Of a DNA stretch of 64,000 nucleotides, positions 10,260 to 19,026 are shown piece after piece. The notes under the pieces are model-generated. The model worked only from the letters and a program-made list of their open reading frames with translations, was not told where the DNA came from and did no database searches. The stretch lies in the NCBI GenBank assembly GCA_963753725.1, contig CAVWDI010000012.1, positions 56,320 through 120,319 of the forward strand, written 5' to 3'. Numbering within the stretch: the stretch's first letter is position 1; each line of letters opens with the position of its first letter. The stretch is from an uncultured Chloroflexia bacterium (GTDB lineage: Bacteria > Chloroflexota > Anaerolineae > Anaerolineales > UBA4823). The position numbers and the translations under genes were made by a program.

Positions 10260-11345
10260 ATGAATATTAAAAAAACAGCCGCGTTGATGCTGTTCATTAG
10301 TCTCATGGCTGGAACTGCTAGTTGTAATCTGCCTTCAAGTTCATCGGAAACGGAGGCGGATTTGAACGTAACTCAGGCATATCAAACGGTCGAAGCGCGC
10401 CTTACGGAAGGGGTCGCACAAACGCCGCTTGCCACCCAGACCAACACCCCGACGCGCATATTGACAGCTACTCCAACCTCGGTGACCCCAACCGCAGCGG
10501 TTACCAACACTCCCAACCAGCCAACGGGCCAATCATCTCCAGTTTCAAATTGCGATTTAGCTGCTGCCGGAAACCCGATTGACGTTACAATTCCTGATGA
10601 CACACAGCTGCAGCCGGGAGAGGCTTTTACCAAAGTGTGGCGGCTGCAAAATGCTGGAACCTGCACCTGGGATCAAAATTATGCGCTGGCTTTGTTTTCC
10701 GGTGAGGGTATGGGGGCGATTACGAATATACAGTTGGAGGGGCAGGTCCCCCCGAATGATACGGTGGATATCTCAGTGGATTTAATCGCGCCTGATCCAC
10801 CAGGGACTTATCAGGGATATTGGAAGCTGCGAAACGAATTGGGTGAATGGTTTGGGATCGGTCCCAACGGTGGTTCTGCGTTTTGGGTCCGGGTTATTGT
10901 TGGTGATGAGCCTGTTTCAACACTCTCCGATACGGAGGTCGCAAGTACACAAACATCTGAACCGTCTGTTACGGATACCCCTGGTCCAGCTGTTTACACC
11001 AGCGGTCCTGTATCCATGCAAAAAGAAGATGGATTGGATTTAGATTCCAAAAACTTAAATAACGCAGGTGTTGACCTGTTATGGAGAGAGGAAGCGGATT
11101 TGCATCTTTTTCTCGAGTCAGTTGGCAGTGCAGGTTTAGCCTTTTATGAATTTGTTGAACCCTCCCTGGAAGATTGTAAATCTATTTCTTTTGATCAGAC
11201 ACGATACTACAAAAGAGAAATCAAAGAGAGAACATATTTCTGCTACATTACTAACGAAGGTCGATATGGTTGGCTGAAGGCGATTTCATGGAGTGAGGTA
11301 GAAAATAAATTGTCTCTGCAGATCCTGACCTGGACAGCCCCGTAA
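10260..11345 (+). CDS. Secreted lipoprotein with Nbr1-FW-like Ig domain
   Basis: Internal ATG 10260 gives MNIKKTAALMLFISLMAGTASC (signal peptide + lipobox), then a Thr/Pro-rich linker and DVTIPDDTQLQPGEAFTKVWRLQNAGTCTW ... GTYQGYWKLRNELGEWFG, the Nbr1 FW-type motif. The C-terminal ~130 aa are unassigned. Confidence 0.7.
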   Translation: MNIKKTAALMLFISLMAGTASCNLPSSSSETEADLNVTQAYQTVEARLTEGVAQTPLATQTNTPTRILTATPTSVTPTAAVTNTPNQPTGQSSPVSNCDLAAAGNPIDVTIPDDTQLQPGEAFTKVWRLQNAGTCTWDQNYALALFSGEGMGAITNIQLEGQVPPNDTVDISVDLIAPDPPGTYQGYWKLRNELGEWFGIGPNGGSAFWVRVIVGDEPVSTLSDTEVASTQTSEPSVTDTPGPAVYTSGPVSMQKEDGLDLDSKNLNNAGVDLLWREEADLHLFLESVGSAGLAFYEFVEPSLEDCKSISFDQTRYYKREIKERTYFCYITNEGRYGWLKAISWSEVENKLSLQILTWTAP

Positions 11346-11350
11346 TTGAC

Positions 11351-12173
11351 ATGGGAACTCTGTACCTGGTAGCAACTCCGATTGGCAACCTGGAGGATAT
11401 CAGCGCACGCGCCCTGCGAATACTTAATGAGGTTCAGATCATCGCAGCAGAGGATACACGGCGAACGGGAAAATTACTGAAGCATTTCGAAATACAAACA
11501 AAACTTACCAGTTATCACGAACACAGCAAGTATTCAAAAATAGATTCAATCCTTGAATTATTGGTTGAAGGGGATGCTGCTTTGGTTTCTGATGCAGGTA
11601 CACCAGTATTGAACGATCCCGGTTACAAACTGGTGCGGGCAGTTCTGGATGCGGGTTACGAGGTCAGTCCCATTCCGGGTCCCAGCGCACCGGTTTCCGC
11701 ATTAGTGGCATCCGGGTTGGCGTGCGATTCATACCTTTACCTGGGGTACATTCCGCGTAAGGAGAATGACCGCCAGCGCCTGCTGGTGGAAGTAAGTGAT
11801 ATTACTCACACATTGATCTTCCTGGAAACCCCCAAGCGTATACTGGAATCCTTTGATGATTTATTGAAAGTATTGGGCGACAGGCAGATCGCGGTGGCGC
11901 GAGAGTTGACCAAATTGCATGAAGAAATCTACCGCGGATCCATCTCAGGGGCAATCCAGCATTTTTCAACTAAACCGCCGCGCGGGGAGTTCACAATAAT
12001 CCTGGCCGGAAATGATACACTTCCACGAATATGGAGCGTGGAAGAGGTTGAGGATGGAACTTTTAAATCAAATTGGAAAAGGCGAACCGGCAGCAGCCAT
12101 TGCAAAACAAGTGGCGGGAATTTCGGGTTGGTCACGCCGGGAAGTTTACGATCTATTAAATAGCTTGGGTTAA
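11351..12173 (+). CDS. rsmI: 16S rRNA (cytidine1402-2'-O)-methyltransferase RsmI (C-terminal frame break near 12055, likely indel artefact)
   Basis: MGTLYLVATPIGNLEDISARALRILNEVQIIAAEDTRRTGKLL is the RsmI N-terminal signature. After ~12055 the listed frame becomes nonsense, while the +1 frame reads ELLNQIGKGEPAAAIAKQVAGISGWSRREVYDLLNSLG and stops at 12171-12173. Confidence 0.85.
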
Positions 12174-12190
12174 TAAGAAAGGGACTCAAA

Positions 12191-13255
12191 ATGAATTTAA
12201 ATAATCATGCGGAATTTTCGAAAATCGACCTTCAGAATATGATGGGTGAGATAGAGAACCTACCTGATCAGCTTGAAAAAGCCTGGAGCCTTGGAAACGG
12301 ATATCCGCTCCCGGAATGGACCGGGATAAGCCAGGTGTTGATCGCCGGTATGGGCGGTTCCGCAATTGGGGCGGACCTGCTGGCTGCATACACAGCAGCT
12401 AATTGCCAGGTTCCGGTTGTTGTGCATCGTGATTATGATTTGCCAGCCTGGGCAGCTGGGAAAAAGACCCTGGTCATACTGTCTTCTCATTCCGGCAACA
12501 CGGAGGAAACCTTATCAGCATTCCAAGCCGCTGTAGAGCGTAATTGTAGAATTCTGGCGGTTTCCACAGGAGGTAAAATCGCTCAAAAAGCGCAGGAGGA
12601 AGGTTTGCCTTTGTGGCAGTTTGAGCACAAGGGACAGCCGCGCGCAGCAGTGGGATATTCATTTACGCTGCTGCTAGCAGCGTTATTCAGGTTGAAGTTA
12701 ATCCCGGATCCATCAGCGGGCCTGAACGAAGCAGTTGCGGCTATGCGTGATCAACAAAAAACGATTGCTCCAGGTGTGCCAATTGTGGACAATCCAGCAA
12801 AACGTTATGCAGGACAATTAATCGATCGTTGGAGTGTTGTATTAGGATCCGGAATTTTAGCCCCGGTTGCACGCCGCTGGAAAGGCCAAATCAGCGAGGT
12901 GGCTAAAGCCTGGGCGCAATTCGAGTTCTTGCCGGAAGTCAACCACAACACCCTGGCCGGGATCGAGAATCCGGAGGATATATTCCCACGGACAATGGTA
13001 TTGTTTTTGCGGTCAAGCTTTGACCATCCCCGAAACCAACTAAGGACCGAACTTACGTGCAAAATATTTATGCTGGAAGGAATTGGTACAGACGAAATTG
13101 AAGCCCACGGAAGCACACCGCTCTCACAGATCTGGACCTGTTTGCACTTCGGAGATTATATGGCGTATTACCTGGCGATGAGTTATGAGGTTGATCCGAC
13201 GCCCGTGAACGCTATTGAGAGATTCAAAGAAGATATGAAATCTGCGGCAGGATAG
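12191..13255 (+). CDS. Bifunctional phosphoglucose/phosphomannose isomerase (SIS domain)
   Basis: 354 aa. VLIAGMGGSAIGADLL, SSHSGNTEETLSAF and GQPRAAVGYSF motifs of the PGI/PMI family. Confidence 0.85.
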   Translation: MNLNNHAEFSKIDLQNMMGEIENLPDQLEKAWSLGNGYPLPEWTGISQVLIAGMGGSAIGADLLAAYTAANCQVPVVVHRDYDLPAWAAGKKTLVILSSHSGNTEETLSAFQAAVERNCRILAVSTGGKIAQKAQEEGLPLWQFEHKGQPRAAVGYSFTLLLAALFRLKLIPDPSAGLNEAVAAMRDQQKTIAPGVPIVDNPAKRYAGQLIDRWSVVLGSGILAPVARRWKGQISEVAKAWAQFEFLPEVNHNTLAGIENPEDIFPRTMVLFLRSSFDHPRNQLRTELTCKIFMLEGIGTDEIEAHGSTPLSQIWTCLHFGDYMAYYLAMSYEVDPTPVNAIERFKEDMKSAAG

Positions 13256-13766
13256 CCAGCACGATCAATCCGATAACTATGCCAAAAATCGCGCCGGCAA
13301 TCACATCAGAAAGATAATGTAGCCCCATCGAAACACACGCTAGCATCACTAACGGAGCCCAGATTAATAGTAAAATCCCAAACCACAACGGTCCAATCCC
13401 CAGGGCAATTACCGCCAGCATGGCAGCACGGGCTGCATGACCGGAGGGAAATGAATGCGGGTCTGTTTTACGGTAAAGCGCTCCCCAATCACCAGCCGGC
13501 CGGCTGCGGCGCACGGTAAATTTGATCAACATCACCGTCACTGCAGTAACCAAAATTCCAACAAGTAAAACAATTGCACGCCATTTCCAGAATTCAGAGC
13601 CTGCCAACCAGAGCACTCCAAGTCCCAGAATCCAGAACCATGAGTCTCCGGAGTGAGCAAGAACGATGGAAAGGGTTCTGATTAATCCCGGTTTACCCTC
13701 ATACCTGAGGCGATTCGTCAGGTTGTAATCTAGATTAAGAAGTTTGTCTTTCGTCCCCGCCCTCAT
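13224..13766 (-). CDS. PAP2-family (type 2 phosphatidic-acid-phosphatase-like) membrane phosphatase
   Basis: 180 aa, polytopic. KFTVRRSRP, PSGH and HYLSDV motifs. ATGA start/stop overlap with the upstream nucleotidyltransferase gene at 13763-13766. Confidence 0.8.
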   Translation of the reverse strand: MRAGTKDKLLNLDYNLTNRLRYEGKPGLIRTLSIVLAHSGDSWFWILGLGVLWLAGSEFWKWRAIVLLVGILVTAVTVMLIKFTVRRSRPAGDWGALYRKTDPHSFPSGHAARAAMLAVIALGIGPLWFGILLLIWAPLVMLACVSMGLHYLSDVIAGAIFGIVIGLIVLAILPQISYLL

Positions 13767-14540
13767 ACACTGGTTTTCTTTTCCAGGTCAGCGCGCAATA
13801 TTTCAAGCTGGTGCGCTTTATCCACGTCCATTCCCACCTCCGCATAAGGACACAAGACCGCTTCGCCCGTGATGTTCAAACGCTTTTCCACCTGCTTTAC
13901 CGCCGAATTTAAATCAAAGCGGCGGGTGAGTAAATACAGCAAAGTGTCGTAGCCGATCAACGAGGCTTGTTTAAACACATTCTTGCGTGCATCCATAATT
14001 TTTCTGTACAGCTCATCGTCTCCAGTGAGTTTTGACATTCGAACGACGTTCATATCGCCGCCGCATACTTCCACGTCTTTCAAACGGGTGTATGAGCGGT
14101 TGGAATCAGGGAACCTGGCTTCCATAACCTGGCGGGTTATGATGCTGTAATATAAATCCTTGTCCGATTTGGTTGAATTTTTTACCACCCAATCGATGCT
14201 CTCTGCTGTAATTGCCGGTATATCTGAAGAGACGATTAATGCATGAGTAGAATTCTGGATTTTGCTTCGCTAATTCTATAACTCCAATGCGGACATTTTT
14301 TAATAAATCGTTTTCGGAAGGTATGTAAGCGTTGATTTTTGAACAGGTCAAGTTGTTTTCCGGAGATAAACCTACAATAACTACGTTCGTTACCGTCTCA
14401 GCCTGTTCGAGGGCATCCAGCACCCATTGGATCATGGGTTTGCCGCCGATATCTACCAAAGCTTTGGGTTCTCCTTGAGTATATTGGAAAAGGGGCTCGT
14501 CTTGTTTTGGAATTCCACCGGATAGTACGACTGCATCCAT
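13763..14540 (-). CDS. MobA-like NTP-transferase family protein (one frame break near 14260, likely indel artefact)
   Basis: N-terminus MDAVVLSGGIPKQDEPLF ... KALVDIGGKPMIQWVLDAL is a nucleotidyltransferase G-loop. Fragments 14106-14540 and 13763-14188 join via ...GVIELAK / QNSTHALIVSSDIPAITAESIDW around an A4 run. Confidence 0.75.
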
Positions 14541-14628
14541 GAGTCTAAATCTCCCTGTTTAACTTATACAATCAAGAACCAAAAAAATTTTTCAATAAAA
14601 AGTGTTCTGCACCAGGAAATTATAATTC

Positions 14629-15522
14629 TTAAATCTGGGGTTTGAAATCTAGCTGGTGAAGCATCTCGCTTAGTTCTTCGAGAGTAAGCGCACGGTTCTT
14701 ACCTGAAACTGCGACCAGAGCCGCTTCCATCATGTTTGTACCAAATGATCGCCCGTCAAGCACGGGTGTGCTGGTGACCAGATATTTACAGCCAAGTTCT
14801 CGAAACAGCTGGACGTCATCAGGTGTCGTGGTATTGGTGGCGATTACTTTTCCTTCCATATTGTCGGGCATATGTCGTTTTACATAGTGGCAATCTCCTG
14901 CCACAACAGTCGCCCATTGGTAATAGTCCTCATATTTTGGAATGCGGACTTCTTGTTTTTCACCGGTAGGATAGAGCATTTCAAACGGTAAACGACCAAC
15001 AACGGGCATAATAAGAGCGGCAATCCGTTTAAGGCTTTTCTCCGAGCGGACCGCGATTGGGATTCCCAAACCGAACATAATATCGCCGAACACACAATCG
15101 TAACCGCCATCCAGGAATGATTTCGACATACCCCACCGATCGGCTCCCAAAGCGATGAAGGCTTTCCGTCCACTTTCATCCAGATAAGCACCGATATTGG
15201 ATTCCATGAAAGGCGCCATGCGATTCTCAAGCGTATTTTTAAGCCCGGCGCCGTCAACGACCGGCGTTTCCTTGATATAACGAACCATTGGCTTTACAGA
15301 ATATAGTGGATACCATTTTTTATCTACCATCAGTCCCAGGTCAGCGCCGCCAACGCCGAATGCATCTACCTGGTCATCTAATTCTTTATATAACTGTGCG
15401 GCTTTTTCCATATCGCCATCTGTCCCGATGCGCTCAATCCGCACCATTTCACCCAACAGCTCGATTTCAACCGCTTTATCACGTTTAGACGAACCGATGC
15501 TCACACTCACTGCGCGTTTCAT
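14629..15522 (-). CDS. Conserved protein of unknown function (family often auto-annotated as quinate 5-dehydrogenase-like)
   Basis: 297-aa ORF with good coding character, first gene of a three-gene minus-strand unit. The family assignment is from memory only and the function is unknown. Confidence 0.6.
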   Translation of the reverse strand: MKRAVSVSIGSSKRDKAVEIELLGEMVRIERIGTDGDMEKAAQLYKELDDQVDAFGVGGADLGLMVDKKWYPLYSVKPMVRYIKETPVVDGAGLKNTLENRMAPFMESNIGAYLDESGRKAFIALGADRWGMSKSFLDGGYDCVFGDIMFGLGIPIAVRSEKSLKRIAALIMPVVGRLPFEMLYPTGEKQEVRIPKYEDYYQWATVVAGDCHYVKRHMPDNMEGKVIATNTTTPDDVQLFRELGCKYLVTSTPVLDGRSFGTNMMEAALVAVSGKNRALTLEELSEMLHQLDFKPQI

Positions 15523-15802
15523 TATTGTTTTACTCCTTCAGGAAGTCCATAAATGCCAGGTATAAATTACAGTTGCTGAATAAAACCCAATTCAATCGAT
15601 AAATAATAACCAAGGTCAATTATTTTTAAACCAACTTGAGTATACCCTCATAAATAAGTTTTCGAAAGACTTAGTAAGTCTTATACGCTTTTCAGAACCA
15701 TTACCTTCAAGAGAATTGGCTAAAATAAAGCTGTAAATGCAGTGAGGGTGATATAATTTTGACAGGCACAATTCAAGAACATTCCTAATGCAGGAGGATT
15801 GA

Positions 15803-16747
15803 ATGACACTTCCAAACTACGCTTTTTTTAAGGGCAGTATCGTGCCGTACGAGCAAGCAAAGGTGGGGGTATTGAACCATTCGTTAAATTATGGGACTGC
15901 CGCTTTCGGTGGAATAAGGGCATATTGGAACACTGATAACGAAGAACTGTACCTCTTTCGGCCTGCAGACCATTACAGGCGGTTCTTAAATTCAACGAAA
16001 CTTTTGTGTATGCAGTTTGAACACACCCCTGAAAGTTTGATACAGGTGACCATCGAATTGTTGAAGAGGGAGGGACACCGCTGCGATGTATACATCCGCC
16101 CATTAGCATACATGGCGGATGAGATGATTGGGGTTAAACTTCACGATCTGGAAAATGAAATTTCAATTGTAAGTATCCCATTCGATCGTTATGTTTCAAA
16201 CGATACCAATGCGCATGTGACATTCTCCAGCTGGCGGCGTATCGAAGATAATGTGATTCCAGCACGAGGTAAAATCAGCGGTGCATATGCTAATTCGGCG
16301 TTTATCAAGACAGATGCCCTGCGGTCAGGTTTTGATGAAGCGTTAGTATTAAACTTTGACGGCCATGTTTCGGAAGGCAGCGCTGAGAATATATTTATGA
16401 TGAGGGATGGTGTACTGGTGACGCCACCGGTCACGGATAATATATTAGAAGGTATTACACGGCGCACTGTTATCGAACTCGCCCAATGTGAATTGGATCT
16501 TACCGTCGTCGAACGACCAATCGACCGCACAGAGGTTTACATTTGCGATGAATTTTTCATGACCGGGACAGCCGCGCAGGTCACAGCAGTGACACGCGTC
16601 GACCACCGGCCGATCGGGTCCGGCATAATGGGACCAATAACAAATAAACTGCGTGGATTATTCGAGGAAGTGGTTTACACGCGCAGTGCCAAATACCGGC
16701 AGTGGAACCTACCCGTGTATGAGCAGGTTCTGGAGCAGGTCCTCTAA
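15803..16747 (+). CDS. ilvE: Branched-chain amino acid aminotransferase (class IV)
   Basis: 314 aa, colinear with E. coli IlvE (HSLNYGTAAFGGIRAY, YIRPL, EGSAENIFMMRDGVLVTPP, LEGITR, FMTGTAAQVTAV). AGGAGG RBS before ATG 15803. Confidence 0.9.
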   Translation: MTLPNYAFFKGSIVPYEQAKVGVLNHSLNYGTAAFGGIRAYWNTDNEELYLFRPADHYRRFLNSTKLLCMQFEHTPESLIQVTIELLKREGHRCDVYIRPLAYMADEMIGVKLHDLENEISIVSIPFDRYVSNDTNAHVTFSSWRRIEDNVIPARGKISGAYANSAFIKTDALRSGFDEALVLNFDGHVSEGSAENIFMMRDGVLVTPPVTDNILEGITRRTVIELAQCELDLTVVERPIDRTEVYICDEFFMTGTAAQVTAVTRVDHRPIGSGIMGPITNKLRGLFEEVVYTRSAKYRQWNLPVYEQVLEQVL

Positions 16748-17289
16748 GTTAATTCAATAATTTCCCCGCAAACCTCCCCTTCGTCCCGGATAAACAGCAA
16801 TCCGACACTCGGGGTGACTCCGATTTTTGGAACGTGTGGGGAACCAGGGTTAAAGAGCAGTTGACCATCCATCCTGCGATTCAGGGAGATATGCCCGTGC
16901 CCGAATACGATCACATTCGTTTCGGGAAATGTATTAAGCAGCCAAGGGATGATGTGTTCGTGGTTGTATCCGTGAATGGTGTAGTGCACCTTATCCAGCA
17001 GGTACCTGGCGAGTTTGCCGTGCCCGTGAGTCATGCCAATTTTTATACCTTTAAATTCAAAGGTTTGTTTGAAAGGCAGTTGGCGTAAAAGCAGCCAATC
17101 CCGGTTACCCTGCACGGCATATACCGGGGCAATGGTCTCCAGTTCTTTGAGCACATTTGGCGTTGAGACATCACCCGCATGTAATATGGTCGATACACTT
17201 GCGTCTTTAAATACAGCCGTAATCTCGGGGTTCAGTGCGTGTGCCCGGTCGGGGATATGTGTATCTGCGATTACACCAATAGTGATCAT
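16744..17289 (-). CDS. YfcE/MJ0936-family metallophosphoesterase
   Basis: 181 aa. DTH, HAGD, GNRD, HGH and GHGH metal-ligand motifs in canonical order. Confidence 0.85.
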   Translation of the reverse strand: MITIGVIADTHIPDRAHALNPEITAVFKDASVSTILHAGDVSTPNVLKELETIAPVYAVQGNRDWLLLRQLPFKQTFEFKGIKIGMTHGHGKLARYLLDKVHYTIHGYNHEHIIPWLLNTFPETNVIVFGHGHISLNRRMDGQLLFNPGSPHVPKIGVTPSVGLLFIRDEGEVCGEIIELT

Positions 17290-17364
17290 TTATACAAAAA
17301 TTAGGAGGAGATATTCAGTTGGCCAGATATTGTTCAACTATCACGCAGAAAATCTGAGGTTCTT

Positions 17365-17436
17365 TTAAACCTCGCAAGGTAAGATATTTTCAGATAAAGA
17401 CGTCAATATTATAGCTGAGCAAACAATATTCTTCAT
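17365..17436 (-). CDS. Candidate 23-aa small ORF (MKNIVCSAIILTSLSENILPCEV)
   Basis: ATG 17436 sits 6 nt downstream of a GGAGGAGGAG run (17443-17452). The stop at 17365-17367 overlaps a GAGGTT/AACCTC hairpin followed by a U-rich tract. Below the ORF-track size cut-off and unsupported by homology. Confidence 0.25.
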   Translation of the reverse strand: MKNIVCSAIILTSLSENILPCEV

Positions 17437-17554
17437 GTCTTCTCCTCCTCCCAAATAAGGCAGTCTCTACAATTGAGGCCGCCTTATTTGATTCTCGAGG
17501 ATTGGTTTACCCTTACGCGGTGGGAATCGATAACCTTCCAGGAAATCGGATTGA

Positions 17555-18859
17555 TTATTGCGCGGCTGCAGCCTCTGGTTGAGCGGCGGGTGGTTCTTCT
17601 GAGTCCCGGAAAAACAGCCAGACAAATAAAGTCGCAATTGCATACAGCGCTGAAGTCACAATAAATAAAGGAGTGAATCCATGCGTTTCCTGGACAATTC
17701 CAGAGATATATGGACCGAAAGTCCAACCCAACTGCCAGGCAGTCTCCTTGACACTAACAACTGTTGCCTGTTCTCTTTCTTGAACCTGTTCCATGGAAAA
17801 AGTATCATAAAGCGGTACTGACATGTTCATGAGGGCAGAGCGGATCAAGAAAGCCAGCGCTGCCAAAAAGAAATAGGGTGAGAAGCCCAACAAAAGCATA
17901 AATAGCAGGCTGAGCCATTGGGTGAATACAACCGCCCGAATTTTGGTGCCCATCTTTATCGCCAGCCTTGGTCCAATAAATGCTCCGATACCTGTAAACA
18001 GAGAGGATAAAGCGAATAGGATACCCAGCGCTTGATCGGAAATGTGGAACTTATCGTGAAAAAAAATGTTCATGTAAGGAATGAGGATCGCTGCCCCAAA
18101 CCCAATAATAAGATTAGGCAGTGAAAGCTTGATGGTAATGGGACGAGTGATTGTATCTTTCAGTGAGTGAAGAATCATACTCAGGGATTGGTCACTGGTT
18201 GTTTGCTCCTCTGGTTCTTGATTAAAGTTTTTATGGTTAGTCCGTAATAGGGCAAGGGGTATTAATGATAGCGAACCCAGGAAGACTGCCGTTAATAGTA
18301 CCGCTCTGTAAGCCAACGCACTGTCTGCAGGTACTCCCAACAATGACCCGAATAACGACGGCATTTGACCAGCAAACAGGTTGCCAAATGTTCCTGAAAG
18401 CGTAATTAAGGCAAAATTGAGACTGAATAATAAAGTCCGGTTCTGGCTGTTAGAAGCCTTCATCATAAAGGGCGGCTGGCTGATAAAGTAAAGGGTATGA
18501 CCGCCGCCGCTGATGAACGCCATCAGGAGGATCAGGTTAGGTTTTAAAACGATAACTTCCAGACCTGAAGCGGCGACATATATCACCACCCCCCACAACA
18601 TGGCTTTTCTACGCCCGATCCTGTCAGAAAGCACACCCAGCGGGATACCCAGGAGTAATGCGGATGCAGAAGTTACCGATGTAACCAGCCCCAGGAATTC
18701 CCTGCTGTAGCCGAGTTCGAGAATATAGAAATTAAAAAACAGCCACCAAATGCTGTATACGATCCCATTGATCAGTGTTGCCAGCAAAAACAAGCGCGCC
18801 GGCCTGTTGAAACTTTGGATAAGCCGGAATTGAGATCGAAGTGAATTTCCTAAATTCAT
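17555..18859 (-). CDS. MFS transporter
   Basis: 434 aa, 12 hydrophobic segments, GVLSDRIGRRK loop 2-3 motif of the major facilitator superfamily. Confidence 0.85.
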   Translation of the reverse strand: MNLGNSLRSQFRLIQSFNRPARLFLLATLINGIVYSIWWLFFNFYILELGYSREFLGLVTSVTSASALLLGIPLGVLSDRIGRRKAMLWGVVIYVAASGLEVIVLKPNLILLMAFISGGGHTLYFISQPPFMMKASNSQNRTLLFSLNFALITLSGTFGNLFAGQMPSLFGSLLGVPADSALAYRAVLLTAVFLGSLSLIPLALLRTNHKNFNQEPEEQTTSDQSLSMILHSLKDTITRPITIKLSLPNLIIGFGAAILIPYMNIFFHDKFHISDQALGILFALSSLFTGIGAFIGPRLAIKMGTKIRAVVFTQWLSLLFMLLLGFSPYFFLAALAFLIRSALMNMSVPLYDTFSMEQVQEREQATVVSVKETAWQLGWTFGPYISGIVQETHGFTPLFIVTSALYAIATLFVWLFFRDSEEPPAAQPEAAAAQ

Positions 18860-19026
18860 TAGCTAATTACCGGGATAAGAAATCGTATTGCAGGTTCAGC
18901 GTGTGGTTTGCGGCGTGCGTAGAGTTTTATTTAATTTAAGAGTATTGTATTTCTGAGAAGTCTAATTTTCAAATTTAACGAGATTTGATTTATTAGGTAA
19001 ACAAGTCCCAAAATTGTGTTTGCTGT

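Noticed and set aside
13224-13255. 32-nt convergent overlap of the PGI/PMI and PAP2 genes, and the 26-nt overlap of the DUF1232 and PQQ-dehydrogenase genes, as unusual gene overlaps.
   Set aside because: These are short 3' or 5' overlaps that could equally result from an undetected indel near a gene end. No functional inference is justified.
15523-15802. Possible T-box or attenuator upstream of ilvE, and a TTGACA hexamer at about 15761.
   Set aside because: There is no GGUGG T-box core or terminator. The best -10 for the TTGACA would place the start inside the RBS. Only a short AAGACTT/AAGTCTT hairpin is present, which is not enough to call.
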